Shown: one piece after another, positions 1 to 11,645 of the stretch
Layout: each line of letters begins with the position of its first letter
Position numbering within the stretch: position 1 is the first letter of the stretch
NCBI GenBank assembly: GCA_028534125.1
Contig: CM052817.1
Location: 100,876,001 to 100,940,000 of the forward strand
DNA length: 64,000 nucleotides
Direction: 5' to 3'
Source of the DNA: Lama glama
Taxonomy: Eukaryota
The notes under the pieces: model-generated
Databases searched by the model: none
What the model was told of the DNA's origin: nothing
The model's input: the letters and a program-made list of their open reading frames with translations, nothing else
Position numbers and translations under genes: made by a program

Positions 1-512
1 ACATATATATATAAAATAAATACTACTCAGCCATAAAAAAGAATAAAATAATGCCATTTGCAGCAACATGGATGGACCTGGAGATTGTCATTCTAAGTGA
101 AGTTAGCCAGAAACAGAAAGAAAAATACTATATAATATCATTCATATGTGGAATCTTAAAAAAAGAAGACACAAGTGAACTTATTTACAAAACAGAAACA
201 GACTCAGACATAGAAAACAAACTTACGGTTACCTGGGGGGAAAGGGGTTGGGAAGGGATAAATTGGGAGTTCAAGATTTGCAGATACTAACTATTATATA
301 TAAAATAGATAAACAACAAGGTCCTATTGTATAGCACAGGGAACTCTATTCAATATCTTTTAGTAACCTATAATAGAAAAGACTATGAAAACGAATATAT
401 ATGTATGTATGTACATGTTTGACTGAAACATTATACTGTACACCAGAAATTGACACAACATTGTAAACTGACTATACTTCAGTGAAAAAAAATTTTTTAA
501 ATAAAAATAAAA
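1..512 (+). mobile_element. LINE-1 3' end (ORF2 tail plus 3'UTR)
   Basis: MPFAATWMDLEIVILSEVSQ motif, L1 3'UTR and A-rich tail. Confidence 0.9.
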
Positions 513-1279
513 AACCTCTTCTTTGACCATCTTTAAGAATGGAGAATTATTCTGGCCAGGAACAGAGTGAGAGAAAACTCACTGTCTTCACATACAAACA
601 TTAGCATGCTGAAAAAGCAGTGAGAGAAAAAATGTGCTTGCATCTGTATGGAAAACTGGCAGGACAGGCTCCAGGAATGAAAAGTTACCTCTGAAGAGGG
701 ACAGTGAAAACTGGGTTGGAATGGGGGTGGGGGGTGAGGAGGAGGAGGGGAAGTAAAGATCTCCTTTAATGCACTTCGATGCTACTGGGAAAAATGTAAT
801 ATGTGTATTACCTTCTTCATATGAAAAACCAGAAACAAAAAGATGTTGGGAAAAGGAGATCTACAATTATGGAATGCCTTTCAGGCTGGTGATACCTGCA
901 GGGAAGACAGACAACCCAGTGGGAAAGCTTGGGTTTTTAAGAGAAATTGTATATCAGAATAGGATTCTCTAGTCAGCAAAGATGGCAGGAGGAGTTAAAA
1001 AAGAGGAAGTGTTTTCGAGTTCAATGCCCAGGAAATGAAGTTTTCTTCTAGCAGCTTCTGTGGACAGAATCCAGAGATGCTACTAAGTCTGCACATGGAT
1101 GGCTGCAAAAACATCTTTTATAAAAGGTGGGCTGAGAGTGGGGAAAGGCATCAGACATGGAACTTTAAAAAGCCTTGCTTATTCGGTGACCAGAAAAGAC
1201 TGTGAATGGGGCTAGAGGGAAGAGTTGGAGAAAAGACAGGGAATGGTGACTGGAATACAGTTCTAAGCTCAGACTAAAG

Positions 1280-1475
1280 CAGAGGCTCTCACCAGGGGCA
1301 TGTTTCTCCCCAGGGACATTTGGCAACGTCTAGAGACATTTTTGGTTGTCGCAACCTGGTAGTGCTAGTGGCATCTAGTGGGTAGACATCCTGCCACACA
1401 CAAGCCAGCCCCTCCCTCCAACAAAGAATTATCCAGCCACCCTAAATGTCAACAGCACTGATGCTGAGAACCCTG
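1280..1475 (+). mobile_element. MER20-like hAT-Charlie MITE
   Basis: ccccagggacatttggcaacgtctagagacatttttggttgtc...tgctgagaaccctg resembles MER20. Confidence 0.75.
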
Positions 1476-2095
1476 TGCTAAACTAAAGTGAAAAGTGATA
1501 TTTATTGAGACGTTAACACCTCCCACCAGGTGTGCTTTATAGTTTACAAGGTGTTTTTACAGCCATTTGCTCCTCATCCCAAAGCCTGAGGGAGGGAGGC
1601 AGGCAGGCATCCTATTTCCCTGGGGCAGCCCAGGAAGCAAAAGTCCAGGGACTGAGCCAAGGCCACACGGCTTGGAATCCAAGTCTTGGGTCCCGGCTCC
1701 ATGCTCTGCTGATTCTCGTGGAACCCACGTGACAAACACACACCTCTTTGAACCAAATGTCTGAGTGAAGACGTGCTAAACTCCAGGAAAGGGGGTTCCA
1801 CTGAAACACAAAGTAGGAGGGCCCCAATTCTAAGATGGAGTGATTGGAAGAAACCGATGGAAAATTATTCAAGTATCAGTGAAATAGCTAGAGTTTTCTC
1901 CTTGATGGCGGCTCTTGGTCACCTTTGTTGTACACCTGCAGGAGGGATTCTTGATGTATAGAGATCTGAAAGTGCTTGCCTTGCTCAGGGAAAGGCAATC
2001 TCACATGGTTAGAAAGTGGAGCCTGTAAAGAGATGTCTGGTGGGCAATACGGTTGGAGAAGAAGCAGGGTCAAGGGCCTGGAGACTGAGAAGGGA

Positions 2096-2245
2096 ACTGG
2101 GTTCAATCCTCAGTACCTCCATTAAAAAAATAATAAATTAAATAAAAACCTAATTATCTGCCCTCCCTAAAAAAAAGACTGATTAAAAAATAAATAAATT
2201 AATTAAAAAAATAAGATAAATTGTTTTAAAAAGTAAAAATAAAAT
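2096..2245 (+). mobile_element. 5'-truncated tRNA-derived SINE (Vic-1-like)
   Basis: ctgggttcaatcctcagtacctcca...aacctaatta plus A-rich tail; same family as the copy at 29139. Confidence 0.75.
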
Positions 2246-2872
2246 AAAAGTATTGCACTTGATGCTGGTGGGTTTTCACTGAGGACCGGGTACTTTGCTA
2301 CAATTTGGGTGAAACAATTTACTGAGAGGTTGGAGGCGGATGAAAATAGCATCTCACACGGCTGCCCATGTGGGTGCCTCATGAAGTACATCGTGGTGAA
2401 GTCATAGCACAAACACTCACATGACCAGCCATCATCTGACACTAACCCAAATAGGTTTATTACTACAATTCTAAATTCAAATCAACCGAAATAGGCTACT
2501 GTGTGTTCCTAGGGTATCTAGTGTCATTTACACTTGCTGACTCTGGAATGGAGATCGGCATCCTCAAAGGCTTTAGAAAGGGAAGCCCTAATTTACTTAC
2601 AGCACCATGCTGGGTACTACGGCAAGTAAGTTGCTGTCTTTTCCTCTTACAATTCATATATTAATATGACATTTTAATATTTCTCAGGTGATGCATGCTC
2701 ACTGTAGAAACATTAGAAGACGCAAATAAGCTGATGGCAGAAAATAAAAGTGTCGCCCACTATTTCTTTCCAGAGGTATTTTTTTCAAATTAATAAAGAT
2801 AAATTATCACTTTCCCAAAGAATAATTCTGAAGTCACACTTGTGTTTTCCTGTCTAAAAATTAAAATTTTCC

Positions 2873-3599
2873 GAATGCAAATTGGTGCAGCCACTATGGA
2901 GAACAGTATGGAGGTTCCTTAAAAAAATGAAAATAGACTTACCATATGATCCAGCAATCCTACTTCTGGGCATATATTTGGAGAAAAATATAATTCAAAA
3001 AGACGCATGCACCCCAGTGTTCATAGCAGCACTATTTACAACAGCCAAGACATGGAAGCAACCTAAATGTCCATGAACAGATGACTGGATAAAGAAGATG
3101 TGTGTGTGTATGTGTACACACACACACACACAACAAAATACTACTCAGCCATAAAAGAGAATAAAATAATGCCACTTACAGCAACATGGATGGGCCTGGA
3201 GATTGTCATTCTAAGTGAAGTAAGCCAGAAACAGAAAGAAAAATGTGATATAACTTATCTGTGGAATCTAAAAAAAAAAGACACAAATGAATTACTTATT
3301 ATTTATAACTTAGATGACTATTTCTTGAATATGTGTAAGCACATTTGACTGTCCTTTAATATTGGATTACTGCATTCTGTTGATTCTTATTTTGTGGTTG
3401 GCTTTATTCCTTTGATAACTATGCAAGTTCAAAAAGCTAAAGCTCTAAACTTTTCTTAGAAACAATGAATATAATATATATGTAAATTTTTAAAAATATG
3501 TCCAGTATATTGTATATTCGTATTTACAATATATTGTATATGAGTAGTCAAATTGTATCAATTTTACCTAATAAAACTGAAAAATGAATAAAAATTATT
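2873..3599 (+). mobile_element. Chimeric retro-insertion: L1 ORF2-end segment plus ~300 bp non-L1 sequence, within one 17-bp TSD
   Basis: TSD aaaaattaaaattttcc at 2856-2872 and 3600-3616. L1 similarity covers 2873 to ~3300 only. Confidence 0.75.
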
Positions 3600-4684
3600 A
3601 AAAATTAAAATTTTCCATTTATGTAAGTACATGAACCCTAATCTATCCTCCAGGTAATTCTTTTTATTCTTGGTGAAGTTGATGTCAATGTGATAACCTC
3701 TTGCTTACTTGGGGAATATACTTGCATGTAGAAGATTATTTGACTTAAAAAAAAACTCTACGGCATTACCTCATAAACTGGTTTTATCTTACCTGGTTAA
3801 TTTAATATTTCTAAATATTCTTAGCCATTTATAAATTATAACATTGTGTATTATTTGTTCCTCTAAAGCACATTTTATTTCAGCCCTAATAACTTAGTTT
3901 TCACTTCTTTTCCTCAAAACAGGTTAAGAATCATTTCTGATTCTAAAGGAGAAACTTTGATTCTAATTTACTTCATTCTTTAAATTTGAGGCAGTGGAAA
4001 TCAGTGTGTGTCACTCATTCGGAGCTCTCCAGGACACGGAAGTACAAATGGCACAGAGATGGTATTATGACTGAAGATCCTGGTTCTAGAGTTACTTTCT
4101 AAATCATCCTTTTAAACATGCAAGTCACTGTGCCTTTCAATTCCCAACTTCCTCTTACAGTTTCAGGGAAGACACATCAGGATATTGTATTGTCTTGAAG
4201 TTGGCATCAGTTGGACTCAAAAGGGCACTGGATCCAACATTGTGCAGTGATCCACTAGGGAGAGGGCCTGTGGGCTTTTGCTCTATAAAGATGATAATGA
4301 ACTAATCAAAATCTGTCCCTCTGAAATCAGGACTAAAGGGCCTGTAGCTCTTTGGCCAGTCGGGAGTGAAAGGAGAAGGCAGAATTCACAAGCATAGAAA
4401 GAGAGCCTGTGAGAGAGACTGCGTTGGGCAGGCAAGCTGGAGGCAAGGAGAGGTTGGACCAGAGCTGTGAGCATCCGTCCACACGCATCCTTTCTCTTAA
4501 GGCGGTCAGATGTCCTGGTTTTGTTTTGAACAATGAAAAGTGCTCTATGCTTATTTTCATCCTAGTGTTCCCAGTAATTAGCATAAGCTAGACAGAAAGT
4601 GAGTCTTAACATTTATGGAAATAAGTAATTCATTTGTCCTTCAAACAATATTTTATTCAAGAGCTTAGAAAAAACTCCATGTGA

Positions 4685-5850
4685 AATATCATGATTCTGA
4701 AAGGCAAAACCAAGAGAATTAGAAAACAAGACCCAGACTGAGCGGAAATACTTGCAAAAGACACATCTGATAAAGAACGGCTATCCAAAATAGACAAAGA
4801 ACCCATAAAACTTAACCATAAGAAAACAAACAATTCAATTAAAAAGTGGGCCAAAGATCGTAACAGACACCTCACCAAAGAAGATACACAGATGGCAAAT
4901 AAGCATGTGAAATGATGTGCTACATCATATGTCATCAGGGAAATGGAAATTAAGACAACAATGAGACACCACTACACACCTATTAGAACGGCCAAAATCC
5001 AGAACACTGACAGCGCCAAATGCTGGCGAGGATATGGAGCAACTGGAATTTTCATTTATTGCTGGTGGGAACACAAAATGGTACAGCCACTTTGGAAGAC
5101 AGTTTGCCAGTTTCTTACAAAATGAAACAAACTCTTACCAAAGGACTCATCAATCATGATTCTTGGTATTTACCTAGAAGAGCTGAAAATTTTACGTCCA
5201 CACAAAAACCTGCACTGGATATTTCTGGCAGCTTTATTCATAATTGCCAAAACTTGGAAGCAACCAAGATGTCCTTCAGCTGGTGAATGGATAAATAAAC
5301 TATGATACATCCAGACAATGGATTATTTGGAACTAAAAAGAAATGAGCTCGCAAGTCATGAAAAGATATGGAGAAATCTTACATGCATATTACTAAGTGA
5401 AAGAAGCCAATCTGAAAAGGCTATAAGTACTGTCTGATTCCAACTATACGGCATTCTGGAAAAGCCAAACTATGGAGACAGTAAAAAAAATTGGTAGTGG
5501 CCAAGGACTGGGTCGGGGAGGGATGAACAGGCAGAGCAGAGAGGATTTTTAAGTCAATGAAACTGCTTTGCATGATATTATCCTGGTGGACTCACATCAT
5601 TATACATTTGTCTAAATCCATAAAATGTACACAACCAAGAGTGAACCCTAACGTAAACCGTGGTCTTTGGGTAATAATGATGTATCAATATAGGTTCCTC
5701 AGTTGTAACAAATGTACCACTCTGGTGGGGGACTTTTCTGGGGGGCTATACATGTATGGAGCAGGGAGTGTATGGGAAAGCTCTGTACCTTCTTAATTTT
5801 GTTGTGAACCTAAAACTACTCTTAAAAAATATTTTTTTAAATACAGAAAA
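4685..5850 (+). mobile_element. Older L1 (L1MB/MC-like) ORF2 3' part and 3'UTR
   Basis: Degraded ORF2 motifs ([15 protein letters not shown]..., VQPLWKTV) and an old-type 3'UTR. Confidence 0.85.
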
Positions 5851-5944
5851 AAAAACAATTCCAAGTCTCAGAAAATTTATGAGATATACACACATACCTA
5901 CAGACAAATAAAAATATAGTAATTTTAAGATGGCTAAAGTAATA

Positions 5945-6370
5945 TGTATCATTTAGGATGCTTTTGGCTTCAACAAACAGAAGACCTAACTTAAATGGCT
6001 TAAATAAAGAGAAGCTCACATAACAGGAAGTCCAGAAAGAAGGCAGATCCAGGGTTTGTTGGTTTGGTGGCCCAAGGACATTATCAAGAAAGGACCTGGA
6101 TTCCTCCCATCTTTGAGCTCAGCCATCTTTAAGGTATTGACAGTGGTCCTGAGGCTTGTTCCCTCATAGATGCCAGATGGCTCTTCCTCCACCAAGGCTG
6201 AAACCTCACGCAGCAGTCTGAAGTCTGGCACAGAGAATGTTCCTGAGAGCTGTGAACAAGGACAGCGTTCCCAGAGACCCACCAGCAGGCTTTCCTGCAC
6301 GTTTCATTACCATTTTTATACTAGTCACTGGCAGGGAAAATAGAATTACCTTTATTGGTTTAGCCTAATC
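5945..6370 (-). mobile_element. Old MaLR (MLT1-like) LTR
   Basis: ttaggatgcttttggcttcaacaaacagaa...cttaaatggcttaaa resembles an MLT1 terminus. Confidence 0.5.
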
Positions 6371-6384
6371 CAGAGTCAGCTCCG

Positions 6385-6620
6385 ATTGCACGATACTGTA
6401 TAACTGAAGTTTGCCAAGAGAAGAGAACTTAAATGTTCTCTCTCTCTCTCTCTCACACACACACGATAAATACGTAAAATGATGGATGTGATAATTAACC
6501 AGATGGGAATATTTTCGCGATGTATATGTATATCAAACCATCACAAAGTACACTTTAAGTATCAATTAGTTAAGTGACAATTCTTTTTGTCAATTATACC
6601 TCAATAAAGCTGAAAAAAAA
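6385..6620 (+). mobile_element. L1MA-like 3' terminal fragment
   Basis: gaagtttgccaagaga...cttaaatgttctc...tcaattatacctcaataaagctgaaaaaaaa. Confidence 0.7.
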
Positions 6621-6960
6621 CCTTTAAAGGGGCCCACGAAGCACATGACTTCCCAAAGCCTCAACCTAATAAGGGTCTGGTTACCAGAAAAGAGGTGTGC
6701 AGAAGATGACTCACTCCTGAGTGGGTAACTAATGTGTCAAAAGGGCAAATAAAAAATACTGATAAAATAAAAGAGTATAAATTAGAATTAAAGGTGGTAA
6801 GAAAAATCTAGATAAAAGCTTAACTAAGATAAAAGATTAAATATACCATAATTTAATGAGGAGAGGAAAACAAAAGCTGAGGAAAATTAAGATCTCACTG
6901 AAACATTAAACCTGGAAAACTAAAATACTGAAAGGATAAAATGATAAAATAAGTTAGGAC

Positions 6961-7146
6961 CAGCAGTTCTCAAAGTATGGTTCTTGGAAGGCAGGAGCAG
7001 CATCACCTGGGAACTTGTTAGGGAGGCAAAGGCCTGCCCCGCTACCCCCACCCCAGGGCCACTGAATCAGAAACTCTGGGGGTGGGGCTCAGCCTCCACT
7101 TTAACAAGCTCTCCTGGTGATTCTGATGCAGCCAAAATCTGAGGAC
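6961..7146. mobile_element. MER5A-like hAT MITE
   Basis: cagcagttctcaaagtatgg...catcacctgggaacttgtta...gaatcagaaactctggg...ggtgattctgatgca. Confidence 0.75.
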
Positions 7147-7342
7147 CTCAAAGGAAAACAGACGCTGTAAAACACGAAGAAATAATTGTACCACTGAAAA
7201 AGATCAATAGGCAAAAAGGGCAAAATAAAAACCAGCACGTGGACCAATTCCAGGGTTAGTGGTCCTCTGATCCCCGTTACCCTCCCCCTTCATCCCCTTC
7301 CCAACTGACCACCTATTTGGTTGCACAGCCAAAGCTAAAATC

Positions 7343-7510
7343 ACTGGTTCTCACCCTGGCTATGCTTTAGAATCACCTGGAGAATATTTAAATAATGTTC
7401 AGATCTCGGATGCCACCTCAGACTAACTGATCGGAATCCCTAGGTCTGGGGACCTGGCGTCTGTATTTTTAAGAAGTCTTTAGGTGACTCTGTTGGACAA
7501 CTATAGCTTT
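7343..7510. mobile_element. MER5-like hAT MITE
   Basis: ggttctcaccctggct...ttagaatcacctggagaa...tctgtatttttaa...ggtgactct. Confidence 0.6.
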
Positions 7511-8564
7511 GAACAGAGCCTCTGGGCTGAGAGCTGAGGGTCAGAGAGGCCTCCTGCTCTCAGCCTCACATTTGCTGCTCATACCCCCAACAGCCAGGCT
7601 ATGAACATTTAGGAAAAGATGAAGCAAGCACGTGTGCAGCTCATTTCTTTTCTCCAACAGATCTGCACATACCTGCCCTAGCAAGGCACATCTGTTCCTC
7701 AAATAACTCCATCTGGATCCCGGATTTTCCAGCATGGGAAAGCACAGGTTGATGCTGAAACCCTTGATGTCCCTTCCATTGTCAAAACACCCGCTGCGAA
7801 CACAACGTCCTCCAGCTAAGCAGCACCCCATCAGTGTGGCTGCTCTGGATGGGCGCAGCTGGGCCCCCAGGGAGGCTGGGCCTGGCAGCGAAAAGCAAAC
7901 CGCGGTGATCAACACCTCCTCTAAGCACCCCTTGAAGGGTGACCCTGGCCAGGCTGATCTGGTACTTTGCTCTCTCACCAAGAATGGGGCAGTCCTTTAG
8001 CTCGACCTTGGGCAGGTGTATGAGCCGGTTTCCCTCTCCGGTTCACTTTCATCCCCTCTCTGACGTTGGCGCTTGCTTGATCCTTTAACTTAGTGCACTG
8101 GACTCCAGGGGCCCATGGCCCGCACCACTGCCCGCTCATTGAATCAGCAGCGCCTGCAAAGTAAGGCACTTCCTGTTCATTTGGAGGAAGACCTCTGGAG
8201 TCCTGACCATTAAAGGACCAGAATGTAGGCCCCTGGTCCACTCTTCATTTCCCTGAACTTCATGTTTTTACAGAGTCCTTCTCCCCTGCACACCTGACTG
8301 CCTGTCTGCCCTTATCCACTCTGCTGATGGGACCTGCTGACTCACTGCCCCAGTCAGCTTCCTGGACACACGCTGCCCCCTTATCACTCATATTCAGTGT
8401 CTGAGCCAATGACTCCCAAGCACAGCTAGACTCCCCTGAGAAGACGATATGTACACATATCGATAGGGCATTGTGGCGGTAACGCAATTCAAGAGAATGA
8501 GAGCAGAGAGGGAACAGAGAATGGCCTAAGGGAGGTGCCTAAAAAAACCTAAGGTAGTTGCGTG

Positions 8565-9170
8565 TATATATATATATAACATAATATATAATTACATATA
8601 AGACAATATACTATAATTATACATAATATAATATTTATAATTACATACATTATGTAATGTTCAAATAAATTTATATATAATATGTTATCATAACATATAT
8701 AGGTAAATNNNNNNNNNNNNNNNNNNNNNNNNNNNNNNNNNNNNNNNNNNNNNNNNNNNNNNNNNNNNNNNNNNNNNNNNNNNNNNNNNNNNNNNNNNNN
8801 NNNNNNNNATATTATATGTAGTTATATTATGCATTTACACATATAAATTCCTTAGGAATTCATAGATATGCAAAATATAATTAATACAATATATAATATC
8901 TAAAGGAATTTTTATATAATATTAAAATTAATTACATATGATTATATTTACATGTAATTCTTATATACAAATTATTTATATAAATTCACATAGTGTATGA
9001 AATAATATATTATGTATAAATTTCTTTGGGTATTATATATTATGTGTAATTATTTTATATTATATATAAATTATATCAATTCGCATATTATATGTAATGA
9101 TAATATATATGTGTAATTATTTTATATATTATACATAAATTATTTTATTTGTGTATTATATATATAAATT
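8565..9170. repeat. AT-rich low-complexity tract containing a 100-N gap (8709-8808)
   Basis: Almost pure A/T with imperfect repeated units; N run visible. Confidence 0.9.
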
Positions 9171-9746
9171 CCCTAGGGTCCCTTCTAATTTAGATTAGGC
9201 CATTTTAAGTGTTCTAGGGAGGGGCCTGAGCATTTTAGAAGCTTTTCAAGTGACCGTGTGCAGCTGGGATTGAGAACCACTGACTTCGAATGAAATCTTT
9301 ATAAACTCAGATGTCTAGTAAATATAACATATTTAAGGCAAAAAGGAGAAATAGAGCTAACAGAAGTTCACAGGTAATTCACGTCCAAGAGAAGGAGGCC
9401 CGGCAGGTCGGCTCCTCCCCGCCCTCACCCTCTCCAGAAGCGTTACAACAAAGCACTCTCAGTGGCTTTCGCAGCACTGAACCTCCATCTTCCACGATGT
9501 CCCACAGGATTTGCCCACACTGCTTCCCCCCGGAGGGGGCTCAGTTCAATCGCCTCTTCACATCTGCCCTCTGGTGCTCAGCCTCCCTCGAACCAACCAC
9601 ACAGCGGATGCCCCTGCGGTGTCTTCTTGTCTTCAAGGCCAACTGAGCTGAGCCTCCCCAGCAGTGGCAAAGCAAGACACGTGAGAGGAGCGCCCTGCAG
9701 AGACTCGACGGCGGCCACGGCTGCCAGCGGAGAAGACGGCTGCAGG

Positions 9747-9828
9747 TAGGTGACCAGCTGTCCTGCTTGCTTGTTTCAGTGCTAAACCCGGGATCGTCTT
9801 GGACAGACCAGGTCTGTTAGTCACCCTA
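9747..9828. mobile_element. MER81/MER94-like hAT-Blackjack MITE
   Basis: Imperfect terminal inverted repeats taggtgacca... and ...ttagtcacccta. Confidence 0.55.
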
Positions 9829-10076
9829 CAGCCAAGCACAGCTTTGTATCCTACCGGAATGGAAACTCACATAAAGCAGTGAGACCTTCCTTAACATAAG
9901 CATTTCCCGTTCTTTTTGCTGTCCTGCACCCATGGAGGGAGATAATTTTCCAATTTTATTTTATTTTTTTAATTAATCAATTGATATGTCAGTCATAGAA
10001 ACATTTAAATATTCAGAGAAGCAAGAGGAAAACAAAAGAAATAGCTTGTGATCTCACTCCCCAGGGAAAACACTTT

Positions 10077-10202
10077 TTTTAAAATTTAGTATTTATTTAT
10101 TATTTTTTTTACTTATTATTTAATGGAGGTACTTGGGATCAAACCCAGGGCCTCATGCATGCTAAGCATGTCCTTTACCGCTGAGCTATACCCTCCTCTC
10201 CA
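10077..10202 (-). mobile_element. tRNA-derived SINE (Vic-1-like) with TSD
   Basis: tRNA-like A/B-box head on the minus strand; TSD gaaaacacttt at 10066-10076 and 10203-10213. Confidence 0.85.
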
Positions 10203-11043
10203 GAAAACACTTTCGAGATTCTGGCATTTCTCCATTCAATCTTTTTCTGCACATATGTTCTAAACATCTATGCAGATATAAACATGTTACAATTATTTTT
10301 CTATGAGAGAAATCAAAGACGATGGGAGAAGAGAAAAGAGCATCATGCACAAATAAAAGATGGCATACAAAGGGACATGAAAAATAAAACATGAATGACG
10401 CGGTAAGTTAGAGTAAAATTGGAAACTATTTGACCTTTGCCGGAGCCACAGCCTGGCTCAGAGACATCGGGGTCGTGCTTTGTCCATGGAGGGAGATGGG
10501 TGGAACCTCAGTGTCATGCTCCCAGCAACTCTGCTGGTGACCTGTGTTCTGTGTATGTTCTAAGCTCCAGAGCTCAAGGGGACTGGATGGCGCTTTCATG
10601 AGAGGCCATCACTCCAGCACAAGGAAAGCGCTCGGGAAAAGAAACAGATGACTCAGGGGAGCACAATGAGGCCTTTGAGCAGAGGTGAAACGCCAGAAGT
10701 ATTCAGCCTGAAAAGAAAGGAAATGAGGGACAACTTAATAGCACTCTTCATGCAGATGAAGGGTTTGCCCCACGGGGTGGTGACCTGCTGTTCCCCATCT
10801 TCACTAAGGGCTGAAAAAGGAGGACAAACAACAAATGGACCTCTCGTGTGTAAGTGCTTTTTACTCTGCCCAACGGCTTTCCTTCCCATTGGTTGACATC
10901 ATCCTCAGAACACCTTTGAGATGCTGAAGGCACTACACAAGGGATTTAGGTTCCGCAGGAGAAACTGCCTTGAGGGTTGTTAAGGCATCCAGTGAGCTCT
11001 TCCATGGAGGTTATAGACTATTCCTGGTCAATAAAAATAGAAC

Positions 11044-11184
11044 TAACTATATTCAATGTCTTGTAGTAACTTACAATGAAAAATAATATGAAAATGAATA
11101 TGTATATGTACATGCATGACTGGGACATTATGCTGTACACCAGAAATTGACACATTGTAACTGACTATATGTCAATTTAAAAAT
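11044..11184 (+). mobile_element. Short L1 3' terminal insertion
   Basis: Matches the tail of the L1 at 1-512 (tgtacaccagaaattgacac...aactgactata); atagaac on both flanks. Confidence 0.8.
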
Positions 11185-11469
11185 ATAGAACCATTTTCAT
11201 CAAAAGAGATGCTTTATACATCACCCCACCTAATTACAGGGAATAATAAATATGTCTGCCCTTTATATAATATATTATTTGAATACCTTTCACTTTCCTA
11301 AACTCATTCAGCTTGTAAAACAGTCATTTGAGGTTGCAAGGAGGTATGATTTTCCCATTTTCCAGATGAGAAAATGGAGGTGTAAATAAGCACAGTGACC
11401 TGCCCCAGGTCCCACAGTGAACTGGAGAGGTACAGTATATTCTAGATCTAGTGGTTCTTGGCTTCCAGA

Positions 11470-11645
11470 CCCTTCACCACACTGGTTGCTCTCAGCCTTT
11501 AGCACACATCGGAATCCCCTGCAAGGCTTGTTAACACACAGGTCACTGGGCCCACTTGCAGAGTTTCTGATTCAGTAAGTCTGAGAATCTGCATTTGTAA
11601 CGAGTTCCCAGGCAGTGCTGATGCCGTGGTCTGGAAACCACACTC
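11470..11645. mobile_element. MER5A-like MITE next to a MIR fragment
   Basis: agagtttctgattcagtaagtctg...gaatctgcatttgtaacgagttcccagg. Confidence 0.65.

Noticed and set aside
7541..8000. 146-aa and 88-aa ORFs
   Set aside because: No recognisable homology; consistent with chance ORFs in GC-rich DNA.
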